The notes under the pieces were generated by a model, which made no database searches, was not told where the DNA came from, and saw only the letters and a list, made by a program, of their open reading frames with translations. A program made the position numbers and the translations under genes. DNA of 64,000 nt from Gemmatimonadota bacterium (GTDB lineage: Bacteria; Gemmatimonadota; Gemmatimonadetes; Gemmatimonadales; GWC2-71-9), in NCBI GenBank assembly GCA_036679645.1, contig JAZDCY010000012.1:1-64000 (forward strand). Reading direction: 5' to 3'. Of the stretch, positions 18,808-27,858 are shown in pieces. Positions within the stretch are counted from its first letter, which is position 1, and each line of letters starts with the position of its first letter.

Positions 18808-21292
18808 GGCGGAAGGGACAGGCCAGCCCGAACTCCGTGTTGTAGGACACGCGCAGCGGAAAGTCGATGCGGTCGCGAAGGTCACGGGCGCGACGCGGTT
18901 CGCCGACGACCTCGTGCTCCCCCGGATGCTGTTCTGCAAGCTACTGCGGAGCCCACACCCCCATGCGCGAATTGCCGGGATCGACACCACCAAGGCAGCG
19001 GCGCTCGACGGAGTCAAGGCGGTCATCACCGGCGAGGCGTTGCCCATCCCGTTTGGTATCCTCCCCGTGAGCCAGGACGAACACGCACTCGCTCCATGTC
19101 GCGTGCGCTTCGTCGGCGACCCCGTTGCCGCGGTAGCTGCCTTGACAGAAGAGATTGCAACCGAAGCACTCGATCTCATCGATGTCGCGTACGAGGTCCT
19201 CCCCGCCATCGATGACCCCGCCGACGCCATTGCCGATTCCGACCCGCTCATCCACGACTATGGCGACCGTGGGAACCTGCACAAGCTGATCAATCTGGAG
19301 TTCGGCGATGTCGACGAAGCTATAGCGCACGCCGATCACGTGCGCGACGATGTCTTCTTCTACGCTGGCAGTACTCATCTCGCGATGGAGCAGCACGCCG
19401 CATTGGCGGAGTGGTCACCGAGCGGGAAGCTGACCCTTTGGTCGTCCACGCAGACACCGCACTACGTCCACCGTGCCCTTGCGCGGGTGCTGGAACTATC
19501 GCCGTCACGAATCCGCGTCATTGCAACGCCCAACGGGGGCGGGTTCGGTGGGAAGAGCGACCCATTCAGCCACGAGATCGTGGTTGCCAAGGTTGCCATG
19601 CTTACCGGACGCCCCACGAAGTGCACGCTGACACGCGAGGAGGTTTTCTACTGTCATCGGGGCCGGCACCCGGTCTTGATGGCGGTCCGAACGGGCGTCT
19701 CGAGAGACGGCCGCATAAAGGGTATGCACTTTCGCACGTTGCTCGATGGAGGTGGATACGGTTCGTACGGGGTCGCCAGCGCATACTACACGGGCGCGCT
19801 CCAGACCGTCACATACGAGGTCGAGCGGTATCACTTTCAGGGTGCGCGGGCGTTTACCAACAAACCACCATGCGGTCCGAAGCGTGGCCATGGAACGCCA
19901 CAGCCGCGGTTTGCGCTCGAAGTGCAGCTGGACAAGCTGGCGCACGATCTGAAGCTGGACCCGGCCGAGATACGCCTGCGCCATCTCGCTCCCGCCGGCT
20001 CGGTCACGGCCAACTATCTGAAGATCGGGTCGATGGGCCTTGGGGCGTGCATCAACAAGGTGGTCGCCGCATCAGACTGGAAGCGACGATACGGAAAGCT
20101 ACCGCTCGGGCATGGCATCGGTATCGCGTGCTCGAGTTACTTGAGCGGTGCTGGTCTCCCCATCTATTGGAACCACCTGCCACACTCGGGCGTGCAGCTC
20201 AAGTGCGATCGTGGTGGTGGGGTGACGGTGTTCTGCGGCTCCACCGAAATCGGGCAGGGATCGGACTCCATCCTGGCCTATATCGTCGCCGAGGTGTTGG
20301 GCGTTGCCGTAGACGACATTGCGGTCGTCACCGCCGACACGGACCTCACCCCTGTCGACCTCGGCAGTTACTCGTCCCGCGTCACGTTGATGAGTGGCAA
20401 TGCGGCGCTCCAGGCGGCGGAGCGCGCGCGAGACATCATCGCGCGCCGTACGGCGGCGAAGCTCGAGGTGCCGGTCGACCGGCTCGTATTTGCGGACCAG
20501 CGCGTGTTCGACGCCGATGACCCAGAGACGGGGATGTCGTTCGCCGAGGCGGTACAGGTCGCGGAAGCAAGAGACGGCACGATCGGAACCGTCGGATCGT
20601 ACACACCACCGCGGAGTCCGGGACGGTACCGCGGGGCCGGCGTCGGTCCGTCACCGGCGTATTCCTACAGTGCAGCGGTTGCGGAGGTGGAGGTCGATCC
20701 CGAGACCGGAATCATCACGGTGCCCAAGATCTGGATCGGACATGACGTCGGTCGCTCGATCAACCCCGCCACGGTGATGGGGCAGGTGGAGGGCAGCGTC
20801 TACATGGGCCTTGGCGAGGCGCTCATGGAGGAAATGGTATACCGCGGCAATCGCAACGTCGTACACAAGATCCCGAGCCTCCTCGAGTACAAGAGCCCCA
20901 CGACACTCGAGATGTGCGATGTGGAGACATATCTAATCGAAGACCCCGATCCGAACGGCCCATACGGCGCGAAAGAGGTCGGGCAAGGTCCCCTCCTCCC
21001 GGTGCCGCCAGCCGTTGCCAACGCCGTATACGACGCCGTGGGAGTGCGTGTTGACGAGGTGCCCATCACGCCCGAGAAAGTGCGTCGGGCACTCAAGGAA
21101 AAAGAAAAAGGCCGAGAGCCACGCTACGGACCGGCCTCATTTCCCGACATTCCCTGGCCCGAACCGACCATCGTGCCTCCTCCACGGGAGGGAGGAGATG
21201 GTCGGGCAATCGCTGGACGTAAAGAAGCCAAGTTCATGGCGCCCGCGACTGCCGACACGGTGTCTACGGCTCATCCCGAGCGTCAGCACTAA
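18797..21292 (+). CDS. Molybdopterin-binding large subunit, xanthine dehydrogenase family (HcrA-like)
   Basis: KVTGATRFADDL, LRSPHPHARI, STQTPH, GGGFGGK, RGHG, EIGQG, SSRVT, GQVEG, GAKEVGQG. Confidence 0.9.
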   Translation: MDGRAEGTGQPELRVVGHAQRKVDAVAKVTGATRFADDLVLPRMLFCKLLRSPHPHARIAGIDTTKAAALDGVKAVITGEALPIPFGILPVSQDEHALAPCRVRFVGDPVAAVAALTEEIATEALDLIDVAYEVLPAIDDPADAIADSDPLIHDYGDRGNLHKLINLEFGDVDEAIAHADHVRDDVFFYAGSTHLAMEQHAALAEWSPSGKLTLWSSTQTPHYVHRALARVLELSPSRIRVIATPNGGGFGGKSDPFSHEIVVAKVAMLTGRPTKCTLTREEVFYCHRGRHPVLMAVRTGVSRDGRIKGMHFRTLLDGGGYGSYGVASAYYTGALQTVTYEVERYHFQGARAFTNKPPCGPKRGHGTPQPRFALEVQLDKLAHDLKLDPAEIRLRHLAPAGSVTANYLKIGSMGLGACINKVVAASDWKRRYGKLPLGHGIGIACSSYLSGAGLPIYWNHLPHSGVQLKCDRGGGVTVFCGSTEIGQGSDSILAYIVAEVLGVAVDDIAVVTADTDLTPVDLGSYSSRVTLMSGNAALQAAERARDIIARRTAAKLEVPVDRLVFADQRVFDADDPETGMSFAEAVQVAEARDGTIGTVGSYTPPRSPGRYRGAGVGPSPAYSYSAAVAEVEVDPETGIITVPKIWIGHDVGRSINPATVMGQVEGSVYMGLGEALMEEMVYRGNRNVVHKIPSLLEYKSPTTLEMCDVETYLIEDPDPNGPYGAKEVGQGPLLPVPPAVANAVYDAVGVRVDEVPITPEKVRRALKEKEKGREPRYGPASFPDIPWPEPTIVPPPREGGDGRAIAGRKEAKFMAPATADTVSTAHPERQH

Positions 21293-22305
21293 TGCTGCGG
21301 CTCCCTTCGTTCACGTATCTCCAGCCCAGAACGTTACGCCAGGCGCTGCGGATGAAGGAAGACGCCGGACCCTCGGGGATGTACGTCGCCGGCGGCACGG
21401 ATCTCTATCCGAACATGAAGCGGCGGCATCAGGAACCACAAACGGTAATCGCGCTCAACGGGATCAGGGCGTTGCGGAAGAAAACGGCGACTGGCCGGAA
21501 GGGTGGGACGGCGGAAGGGCGGTACGTCGTGCCGGCTGGGTTGACGCTCACCCAGATCGCGGAGCACCGCCGACTGCGGAAGACCTATCCCGCCGTAGCG
21601 CGGGGAGCGGAACTGATCAGCACGCCTCTGCTGCGCAATATGGGAACGATCGGCGGTAACCTGTGCCTCGACACGCGATGCAACTACTACAACCAGTCCT
21701 ACGAGTGGCGGAAGGCAATCGACTTCTGCATGAAGAAGGACGGTGCAATCTGTTGGGTGGCACCCAGCAGTCCGCGCTGTTGGGCCGTGCAGTCATCGGA
21801 TCTAGCTCCTGTAATGGTGGCGCTCGACGCCGAGCTGCTGCTGATCGGGCCAAAGGGAGAACGGATTGTTCCCGCCGCACGGTTCTATCACAACGACGGC
21901 ATCGAGTATCTCACGAAGCACCCGGATGAAATCCTGACGGAGATCCGGCTACCCCTGGCCGATGGCTGGGATGCCACCTACTGGAAGCTCCGCCGCCGTG
22001 GCGCGTTCGATTTTCCCGTACTCGGCGTCAGCGCGTGGATCCAGTGGGACGGTGAGCGCGTTGCCGCAGCGCGGATCGTGCTTGGCGCAGTCGGGAGCTA
22101 CCCGCAGGTAATCGGGGAGGCGGCCGACGCGGTAATCGATACGCAACTCGACGACGAGGCGATAGCGCGTGCTGCGGACGCGGCATTCCGCCCGTCAAAG
22201 CCGATGGACAACACGGATTTCGGGCTCGCGTGGCGCAAGGAGATGACCCGCGCGTACGTGAAAGGTGCGCTGAGAGAGTTGCGAGATCGGCGACCCAGAG
22301 GTTGA
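21292..22305 (+). CDS. FAD-binding subunit with extra [4Fe-4S] insertion (HcrB-like)
   Basis: AGGTDL, RNMGTIGGNLC, insertion C-x15-C-x7-C-x8-C, KLRRRGAFDFP. Confidence 0.85.
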   Translation: MLRLPSFTYLQPRTLRQALRMKEDAGPSGMYVAGGTDLYPNMKRRHQEPQTVIALNGIRALRKKTATGRKGGTAEGRYVVPAGLTLTQIAEHRRLRKTYPAVARGAELISTPLLRNMGTIGGNLCLDTRCNYYNQSYEWRKAIDFCMKKDGAICWVAPSSPRCWAVQSSDLAPVMVALDAELLLIGPKGERIVPAARFYHNDGIEYLTKHPDEILTEIRLPLADGWDATYWKLRRRGAFDFPVLGVSAWIQWDGERVAAARIVLGAVGSYPQVIGEAADAVIDTQLDDEAIARAADAAFRPSKPMDNTDFGLAWRKEMTRAYVKGALRELRDRRPRG

Positions 22306-22327
22306 GTCTGCGAGCTAGCTTTCCCCC

Positions 22328-23917
22328 ATGACCGACCAGATGGAATCGCTCCGCGACGCGCTCCAGGGCCGCTACGACCCGGTCCGTGAGTTGGGGCGGG
22401 GCGGGATGGCCACCGTCTACCTTGCGCAGGACGTGCGGCACAACAGGCATGTGGCGGTCAAGGTGTTGCGGCCCGAGCTCGCCGCGTCGATAGCCGTGAA
22501 CCGATTCCTCAAGGAAATCCAGATCGCGGCACAGCTCAACCACCCCCATATCGTCCCGCTCCTGGATTCGGGCGACGTCAACGGCGTGCTGCACTTCGTC
22601 ATGCCGTTCGTGGAAGGCAATTCGGTTCGCGATCTCATAGATGGAGATCGACCGCTCAGCCTCGCAACCGCGCTCGAGATCACGACCGAGGTCGCGGACG
22701 CCTTGAGCTACGCGCACCGAAAAGGCCTCGTCCATCGGGATATCAAACCCGAGAACATCCTCCTGTCCGAAGGACACGCCGTCGTTGCGGATTTTGGAAT
22801 TGCCAAGGCAATCAGCACCGCGGGCGGCGATAAGCTGACGCGGACCGGATTCCCCATCGGGACGCTCGGATACATGAGTCCCGAGCAGGCTGCCGGACGC
22901 ACCGATCTCGACGAGACGACGGACGTCTACAGCCTCGCCAGTGTCTTCTATGAGATGACGGTGGGAGAAGCACCGGGCATGTGGGTGACCGACGAAGCAA
23001 TGAGGTACGGGAGGTTCGTCGATGCGTTGCCGGCACATCGGGAGAAACTCGACCAGCTTCCCGGAGCAGTAGAAGCGGTCATCGTACACGCGATGAGCAT
23101 GCGCCCCGAGGAACGGTACGGGACGCCGAACGCGTTTGCCGCAGCGCTCCAGCAGGCAGCGCACCAGAAGGCAAAGTTCGACGAGCACCAGGTAGGAGAG
23201 ATCATCCGGTACGCGTCGGAACAGCAGCTCGCGCACCCTACGGAGGACGGCGCTCTCTCGGCGGGTACGCTCGAGCGCATCGGCGCGGAAGTCGGTCTAT
23301 CGCCGGACCGGGTGCGAGATGCCGTACACGCAGTATCAACCCGGACCACCCCACCACGGCAGGGAGGCGTCCTCGGTGCACCGCTCAAGATCGAGTTGGA
23401 GCGAACCATCGACGCGGAGGTACCCGCGCAGGAATTCGAATCACTGCTGGAGGAGGTGCGGGCCGCTACGGGCGAGGTCGGTCGCATCAACGAAACGCTG
23501 GGGAAATCCCTCTCGTGGAATTCGCTCAGCTTCCAGAACACCTTCGAGGGAACGGGCCGGCTCATCCACGTGATGATTAAGCCCAAAGACGGCACGACCC
23601 GCATCCGCATCACCGAGAGTTCCGGTATACACCCGGCACTGACGGTGATCGGAACGTTGGCCGGCGGCGTGGCGGTCGTGCTCGTTCTCGAAGGCCTCCT
23701 GTCGACTGTCAGCGTCCCTTCCCTGTTGAAGGTGCCGCTCCTCGGTGTCATCTTCGGGACGAGCTTTTTCGCCGCGCGCACGGTGTTTGGCAGCTTCATG
23801 AAACGGCGTGTGCGTATTCTGACGGGCCTGCTGGACCGTCTGTCACGCCACGTTACAGGCACCGCAACGCCGGCGCTTCCTACAGGTACGCGACCGGGGG
23901 AGGACACCGCTCCATAA
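22328..23917 (+). CDS. Hanks-type Ser/Thr protein kinase with C-terminal two-TM domain
   Basis: LGRGGMATVY, VAVKVL, HRDIKPENIL, DFGIA, GTLGYMSPEQ, DVYSL; two TMs near the C-terminus. Confidence 0.92.
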   Translation: MTDQMESLRDALQGRYDPVRELGRGGMATVYLAQDVRHNRHVAVKVLRPELAASIAVNRFLKEIQIAAQLNHPHIVPLLDSGDVNGVLHFVMPFVEGNSVRDLIDGDRPLSLATALEITTEVADALSYAHRKGLVHRDIKPENILLSEGHAVVADFGIAKAISTAGGDKLTRTGFPIGTLGYMSPEQAAGRTDLDETTDVYSLASVFYEMTVGEAPGMWVTDEAMRYGRFVDALPAHREKLDQLPGAVEAVIVHAMSMRPEERYGTPNAFAAALQQAAHQKAKFDEHQVGEIIRYASEQQLAHPTEDGALSAGTLERIGAEVGLSPDRVRDAVHAVSTRTTPPRQGGVLGAPLKIELERTIDAEVPAQEFESLLEEVRAATGEVGRINETLGKSLSWNSLSFQNTFEGTGRLIHVMIKPKDGTTRIRITESSGIHPALTVIGTLAGGVAVVLVLEGLLSTVSVPSLLKVPLLGVIFGTSFFAARTVFGSFMKRRVRILTGLLDRLSRHVTGTATPALPTGTRPGEDTAP

Positions 23918-24068
23918 GCTCGCTGTAGGCGTCTTTGGTACTACCGTCCAGAGGGCCTCAACGCGCTCCGCCCGATGAGGCTCGCGCGCCCACCGGCATC
24001 GGTCCCTCACGCGCCCTCGCGACCATGGAGCTATCTTGCACGTTGGCCCCTCTCTACGGACAGCACCA

Positions 24069-25052
24069 ATGGCACAACGCCTCTTGCTCGTGATCCTCGG
24101 CCTGCTGGCTACACCAACGGTCTCCAGAGCCCAGCAGGAGCGGCCTCGCTTCATGCTCGTCGTGCACGGCGGAGCCGGGACGATTCTGCGCGAGAACATG
24201 ACAGCCGAGCGTGAGCGCCAGTACCGCGAGACGCTCGCGACGGCCATCCGCGCCGGCTACGATGTCCTGGACGCGGGCGGACGTTCACTCGATGCCGTAG
24301 TTGCCGTCATCACTCGACTCGAGGACTCACCGCTCTTCAACGCGGGCAAGGGCGCGGTTTTCACCAACGCCGGTACCAACGAGCTCGACGCGTCGATCAT
24401 GGATGGCCGCACCGGTAACGCGGGAGCCGTTGCCGGTGTCACCCACATCAGGAACCCGATCGTGCTCGCACGCATCGTGATGGAGGAGTCACCCCACGTC
24501 ATGCTGGCGCGCGAGGGCGCCGAGGAATTTGCGGTCGAACACGGCATGGATACCGTACCGGCCGAGTACTTCTACACCGAGTGGCGCCATCAGCAGCTGG
24601 AGCGCGCCCAGGCCGAGGACGAACACGGAACGGTGGGTGTCGTGGCGCTCGATCAGTTCGGCGATCTCGCGGCGGGCACGTCTACCGGCGGTATGACCAA
24701 CAAGCGCTGGGGCCGCATCGGCGATTCCCCGATCATCTCAGCCGGTACCTGGGCGAGCAACGACAACTGCGCCGTATCTGGTACAGGCCACGGCGAGTTC
24801 TTCATCCGTAACGCCGTCGCGCGGGATATCTGCGCGCGGGTAGAGTACCTCGGCGAATCGGTCAATGAGGCCGCACACTACGTCATCGACGAGAAACTCA
24901 CCGCGCAGCATGCCGAAGGGGGGGTGATCGTGCTCGACCGGAACGGGAACTTCGCCGCCACGTTCAACACGGCCGGCATGTACCGTGGCTGGGTCGGGCC
25001 CGACGGTACCATTGTGGTGCGGATCTACGAGGAGGGTGCAACCGACCGGTAG
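24069..25052 (+). CDS. iaaA: Isoaspartyl peptidase / L-asparaginase (Ntn hydrolase), with signal peptide
   Basis: VHGGAG, LEDSPLFNAGKG, ELDASIMDG, HGTVG, TSTGG, GRIGDSP, TGHGE. Confidence 0.88.
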   Translation: MAQRLLLVILGLLATPTVSRAQQERPRFMLVVHGGAGTILRENMTAERERQYRETLATAIRAGYDVLDAGGRSLDAVVAVITRLEDSPLFNAGKGAVFTNAGTNELDASIMDGRTGNAGAVAGVTHIRNPIVLARIVMEESPHVMLAREGAEEFAVEHGMDTVPAEYFYTEWRHQQLERAQAEDEHGTVGVVALDQFGDLAAGTSTGGMTNKRWGRIGDSPIISAGTWASNDNCAVSGTGHGEFFIRNAVARDICARVEYLGESVNEAAHYVIDEKLTAQHAEGGVIVLDRNGNFAATFNTAGMYRGWVGPDGTIVVRIYEEGATDR

Positions 25053-25128
25053 ACCACCAGGGCGGGCTCACACCTCGACCTCCTCCGCCACGATCGAGGC
25101 GCTGTGCTCGCTTCCGCGGTGGACGTTC

Positions 25129-26175
25129 TCACCAGATATCCCCGAGCACGAACCCCTCAGGGAACGGATCGCTTGGATCGACGACGAACTCGCTTCTCCC
25201 CGTAATCCACCCACGGCCCGTCAGCGTCGGCACGACGGCGTGATGGTCTCCGACCGTTGTCGTCCCAATCAGGCGCCCGGTGAACGTCGTTCCCAGAATG
25301 CCCTCGTGCACGAAATCCGTATCTAGTGCCAACTCCCCTTTGGCATGCATTACCGCCATCTTCGCGCACGTTCCCGTTCCGCACGGTGACCGATCGAGCG
25401 CCCCGGTCCACGTCTCCGGCCGATCCCAATCCACCGGCCCCGTCGACACCACGACCGCGTTCTTGCGGTGTGCGCCCGCGCGGGTCGGCGGCGCGGAGAG
25501 CTGTGAGATCGAGACGTCGCGGATCTCCGGCTGTTCCGGATGGACGACCTCGAGTTGCTCGACCGCCGCCTGTCGGAGCAGTTCACCCACCCGGGCAATC
25601 TCTCGTCCGTTTTCCGGGATGAGGCGCAGGCCGACGTCATCTGCATTCGCGATCACGTAGAACATCCCACCCCATGCAACATCCACCCTAATCGCACCGA
25701 CGTGTGGGACATCCAACGTGGCGTCGAGGTGCACGGCAAACGACGGTACGTTCTCGAACGTCACTGCAGTCACCTTGCCTGCACTGACCTCCGCACGAAC
25801 GCCGATCAAGCCGGCGGGCGTTTCGAGCGTCAACTCGGTTACCGGTTCGGTCGCCGGAACCAGTCCCGTCTCTATCAGTACCGTCGCGACGCAGATCGTG
25901 TTGCTGCCTGACATGAGAGGATACTCGGTCTGTTCCATGATGACGAACCCAGCGTCGGCATCGGGGTGCGTCGGTGGCAGGATGACATTGCAGCAGAGCG
26001 CGGGATACCCTCGTGGCTCGCGCAGCATGAGCTTGCGCAAGCCGTCCGCCTGCGACTCGAGATACTGCCGCTTCGCGAACATGGTCTCGCCCGGTACGTC
26101 GGGCACCCCACCGACGATGACACGGCCGGGTTCACCGCAGGCATGAGCATCATAGGCCGTGATTATATCTGACAT
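25129..26175 (-). CDS. Proline racemase-family protein (Ser/Cys active-site variant)
   Basis: HACGEPGRV, LREPRG, MSGSNTIC, LETPAGL, DVAWGG.FY, DRSPCGTGT. Confidence 0.88.
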   Translation of the reverse strand: MSDIITAYDAHACGEPGRVIVGGVPDVPGETMFAKRQYLESQADGLRKLMLREPRGYPALCCNVILPPTHPDADAGFVIMEQTEYPLMSGSNTICVATVLIETGLVPATEPVTELTLETPAGLIGVRAEVSAGKVTAVTFENVPSFAVHLDATLDVPHVGAIRVDVAWGGMFYVIANADDVGLRLIPENGREIARVGELLRQAAVEQLEVVHPEQPEIRDVSISQLSAPPTRAGAHRKNAVVVSTGPVDWDRPETWTGALDRSPCGTGTCAKMAVMHAKGELALDTDFVHEGILGTTFTGRLIGTTTVGDHHAVVPTLTGRGWITGRSEFVVDPSDPFPEGFVLGDIW

Positions 26176-26394
26176 GTGACGAGGCGTCTCTTCTCCTGTC
26201 GAGCGGTCGCACGGAACGATCCAACGAGAATGCGCTCAATGCAACCCTGGCTACCGTGGGTGGTACATCCTATTGTTGCTGGATAAGACGACTCTCACCA
26301 ACCGGGCCTGCTCCACGACTACACCGGGCCGCTGCGCCACAGTGAGGCAGTCGGGCCGGTTGCTCTGCGCCCTCTTTCACCTACGAGACTAACC

Positions 26395-26835
26395 ATGTAC
26401 GTCGGAATGCTCATCCTCCACGTCCTCGGCGCCACCATCTGGGCGGGCGGCCACTTGGTGCTTGCCATCACCGTGCTCCCACGCGCCCTGCGGGCGCGTG
26501 ACCCTGACATCGTCTTGTCCTTCGAGAGCGGCTTCGAACGACTCGGGATACCCGCGCTAGTAGTGCAAGTCGTCACCGGCTTCTGGCTCGCCCAGAGGCT
26601 CGTGCCGCCGGGTGAGTGGCTCACGTTCGACAGCCCGCTCGCTGGCCATGTCGGTGCCAAGATCATCCTGCTCGGCCTCACTGTCGTCTTGGCCGCTCAC
26701 GCCCGCCTGCGTATCATCCCCCGCCTCGACGCCGCGCGACTCCCGATACTCGCCGCCCATATTATCGCGGTCACCGTGCTGGCGGTGTTGTTCGTTCTGC
26801 TGGGTGTGGGTCTGCGAACAGGCGGCCTGATGTAA
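26395..26835 (+). CDS. CopD-like 4-TM membrane protein
   Basis: LHVLGATIWAGG, FERLGIPALVVQVVTG, LAAHARLRIIP, HIIAVT. Confidence 0.75.
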   Translation: MYVGMLILHVLGATIWAGGHLVLAITVLPRALRARDPDIVLSFESGFERLGIPALVVQVVTGFWLAQRLVPPGEWLTFDSPLAGHVGAKIILLGLTVVLAAHARLRIIPRLDAARLPILAAHIIAVTVLAVLFVLLGVGLRTGGLM

Positions 26836-26969
26836 CCACTGTGCGGTCAGACCCATGAGTGCCCGCGGCACCCTAGGAGCGCAAGGCCGCCCTCCTGTGC
26901 CGCCGCACCGCAAGGCCCAATGAGCTTCACTATGGACGTGAGTACCCAGTCTTCTTAACTTGGAGACCG

Positions 26970-27839
26970 ATGACCGATACAAGCTTGATCATCTCCGACC
27001 CACCCCACCATCACCCAGCGGACCACGAGACCGCGGCATCCTACTTCGGGATGCCCGTCGTGTCCGTCCGCATGAAGACCAACTACCCCATCCCCGAAAT
27101 CTGGTTTGCCGAAACCGATCGGAAGCGCCTCGAGTCCACAGCAGACCATCTCGCGGAGGCCGGGCTCAATATCATCCTCATTCCCGCGGAGCACATGGCG
27201 GCGATCCCCGCAGCCCAGTCCGTTTCGTCGTTCAAGTTCACGGACACGGCCCTCGTTGCGCGCGTCGGTGATGAGGAGATCTCGGTCGCATACGACCTGC
27301 CGCTACTGGCGGTAGTCTGCCAGCCCGTACCCCATCAGGCCGCTACCCCAAGTCGCGGGCTGCGGGACGTGATTGGTAGTCGCACGTCGGGGTTCCTCGC
27401 GATGCAGGAACAGGCACCGCGTATCTCCGACGCCATGCGTGACATGGAGCACGAGCATTCCCCGTTTCTCGACCTGTATGTTCCGCAGAACGGGGTGCCT
27501 CTCCGCCTTTCGGTCGTACAGACCGAAGTAAACTATGCTGGGCTCCGCATGACCTGGCGCCGGGCGAGCGACAACATGCTGCTCTTCATCGCCGAATGTC
27601 ACGATCACTTCAAACAGGCGACGTTCGACCGTCGGCTGGTAGGAATGCGAATGCGAAAGACGCTCACGGTAACGGGGCAGACGGCAACGCCGCACCATCG
27701 CCGCAGCGGTTTGTCGTACGCAACCACGACCCTTGCGAACCTCCTGGATTCCATCGACGACGGTCTGCATGACATGAGCCAACCGGAGTTGTCGTCGCGG
27801 CTGGTCTACCTCACGCACGTCGAGCAAATGCAGAGTTGA
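26970..27839 (+). CDS. Hypothetical protein (289 aa)
   Basis: Long ORF filling the intergenic space, GGAG SD upstream; no recognised motif. Confidence 0.6.
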   Translation: MTDTSLIISDPPHHHPADHETAASYFGMPVVSVRMKTNYPIPEIWFAETDRKRLESTADHLAEAGLNIILIPAEHMAAIPAAQSVSSFKFTDTALVARVGDEEISVAYDLPLLAVVCQPVPHQAATPSRGLRDVIGSRTSGFLAMQEQAPRISDAMRDMEHEHSPFLDLYVPQNGVPLRLSVVQTEVNYAGLRMTWRRASDNMLLFIAECHDHFKQATFDRRLVGMRMRKTLTVTGQTATPHHRRSGLSYATTTLANLLDSIDDGLHDMSQPELSSRLVYLTHVEQMQS

Positions 27840-27858
27840 TTGGCTCTACCCGGCTCCC

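Noticed and set aside
18295..22305. Aerobic CO dehydrogenase coxSLM
   Set aside because: No AYxCSFR or AYRGAGR active-site loop; the FAD subunit has the Hcr-type Fe-S insertion.
26240..26272. TGCAACC...ACATCC as a target promoter of the ECF at 51468-52019
   Set aside because: Spacer is 18 nt versus 15 nt in the candidate autoregulatory site; too weak to call.
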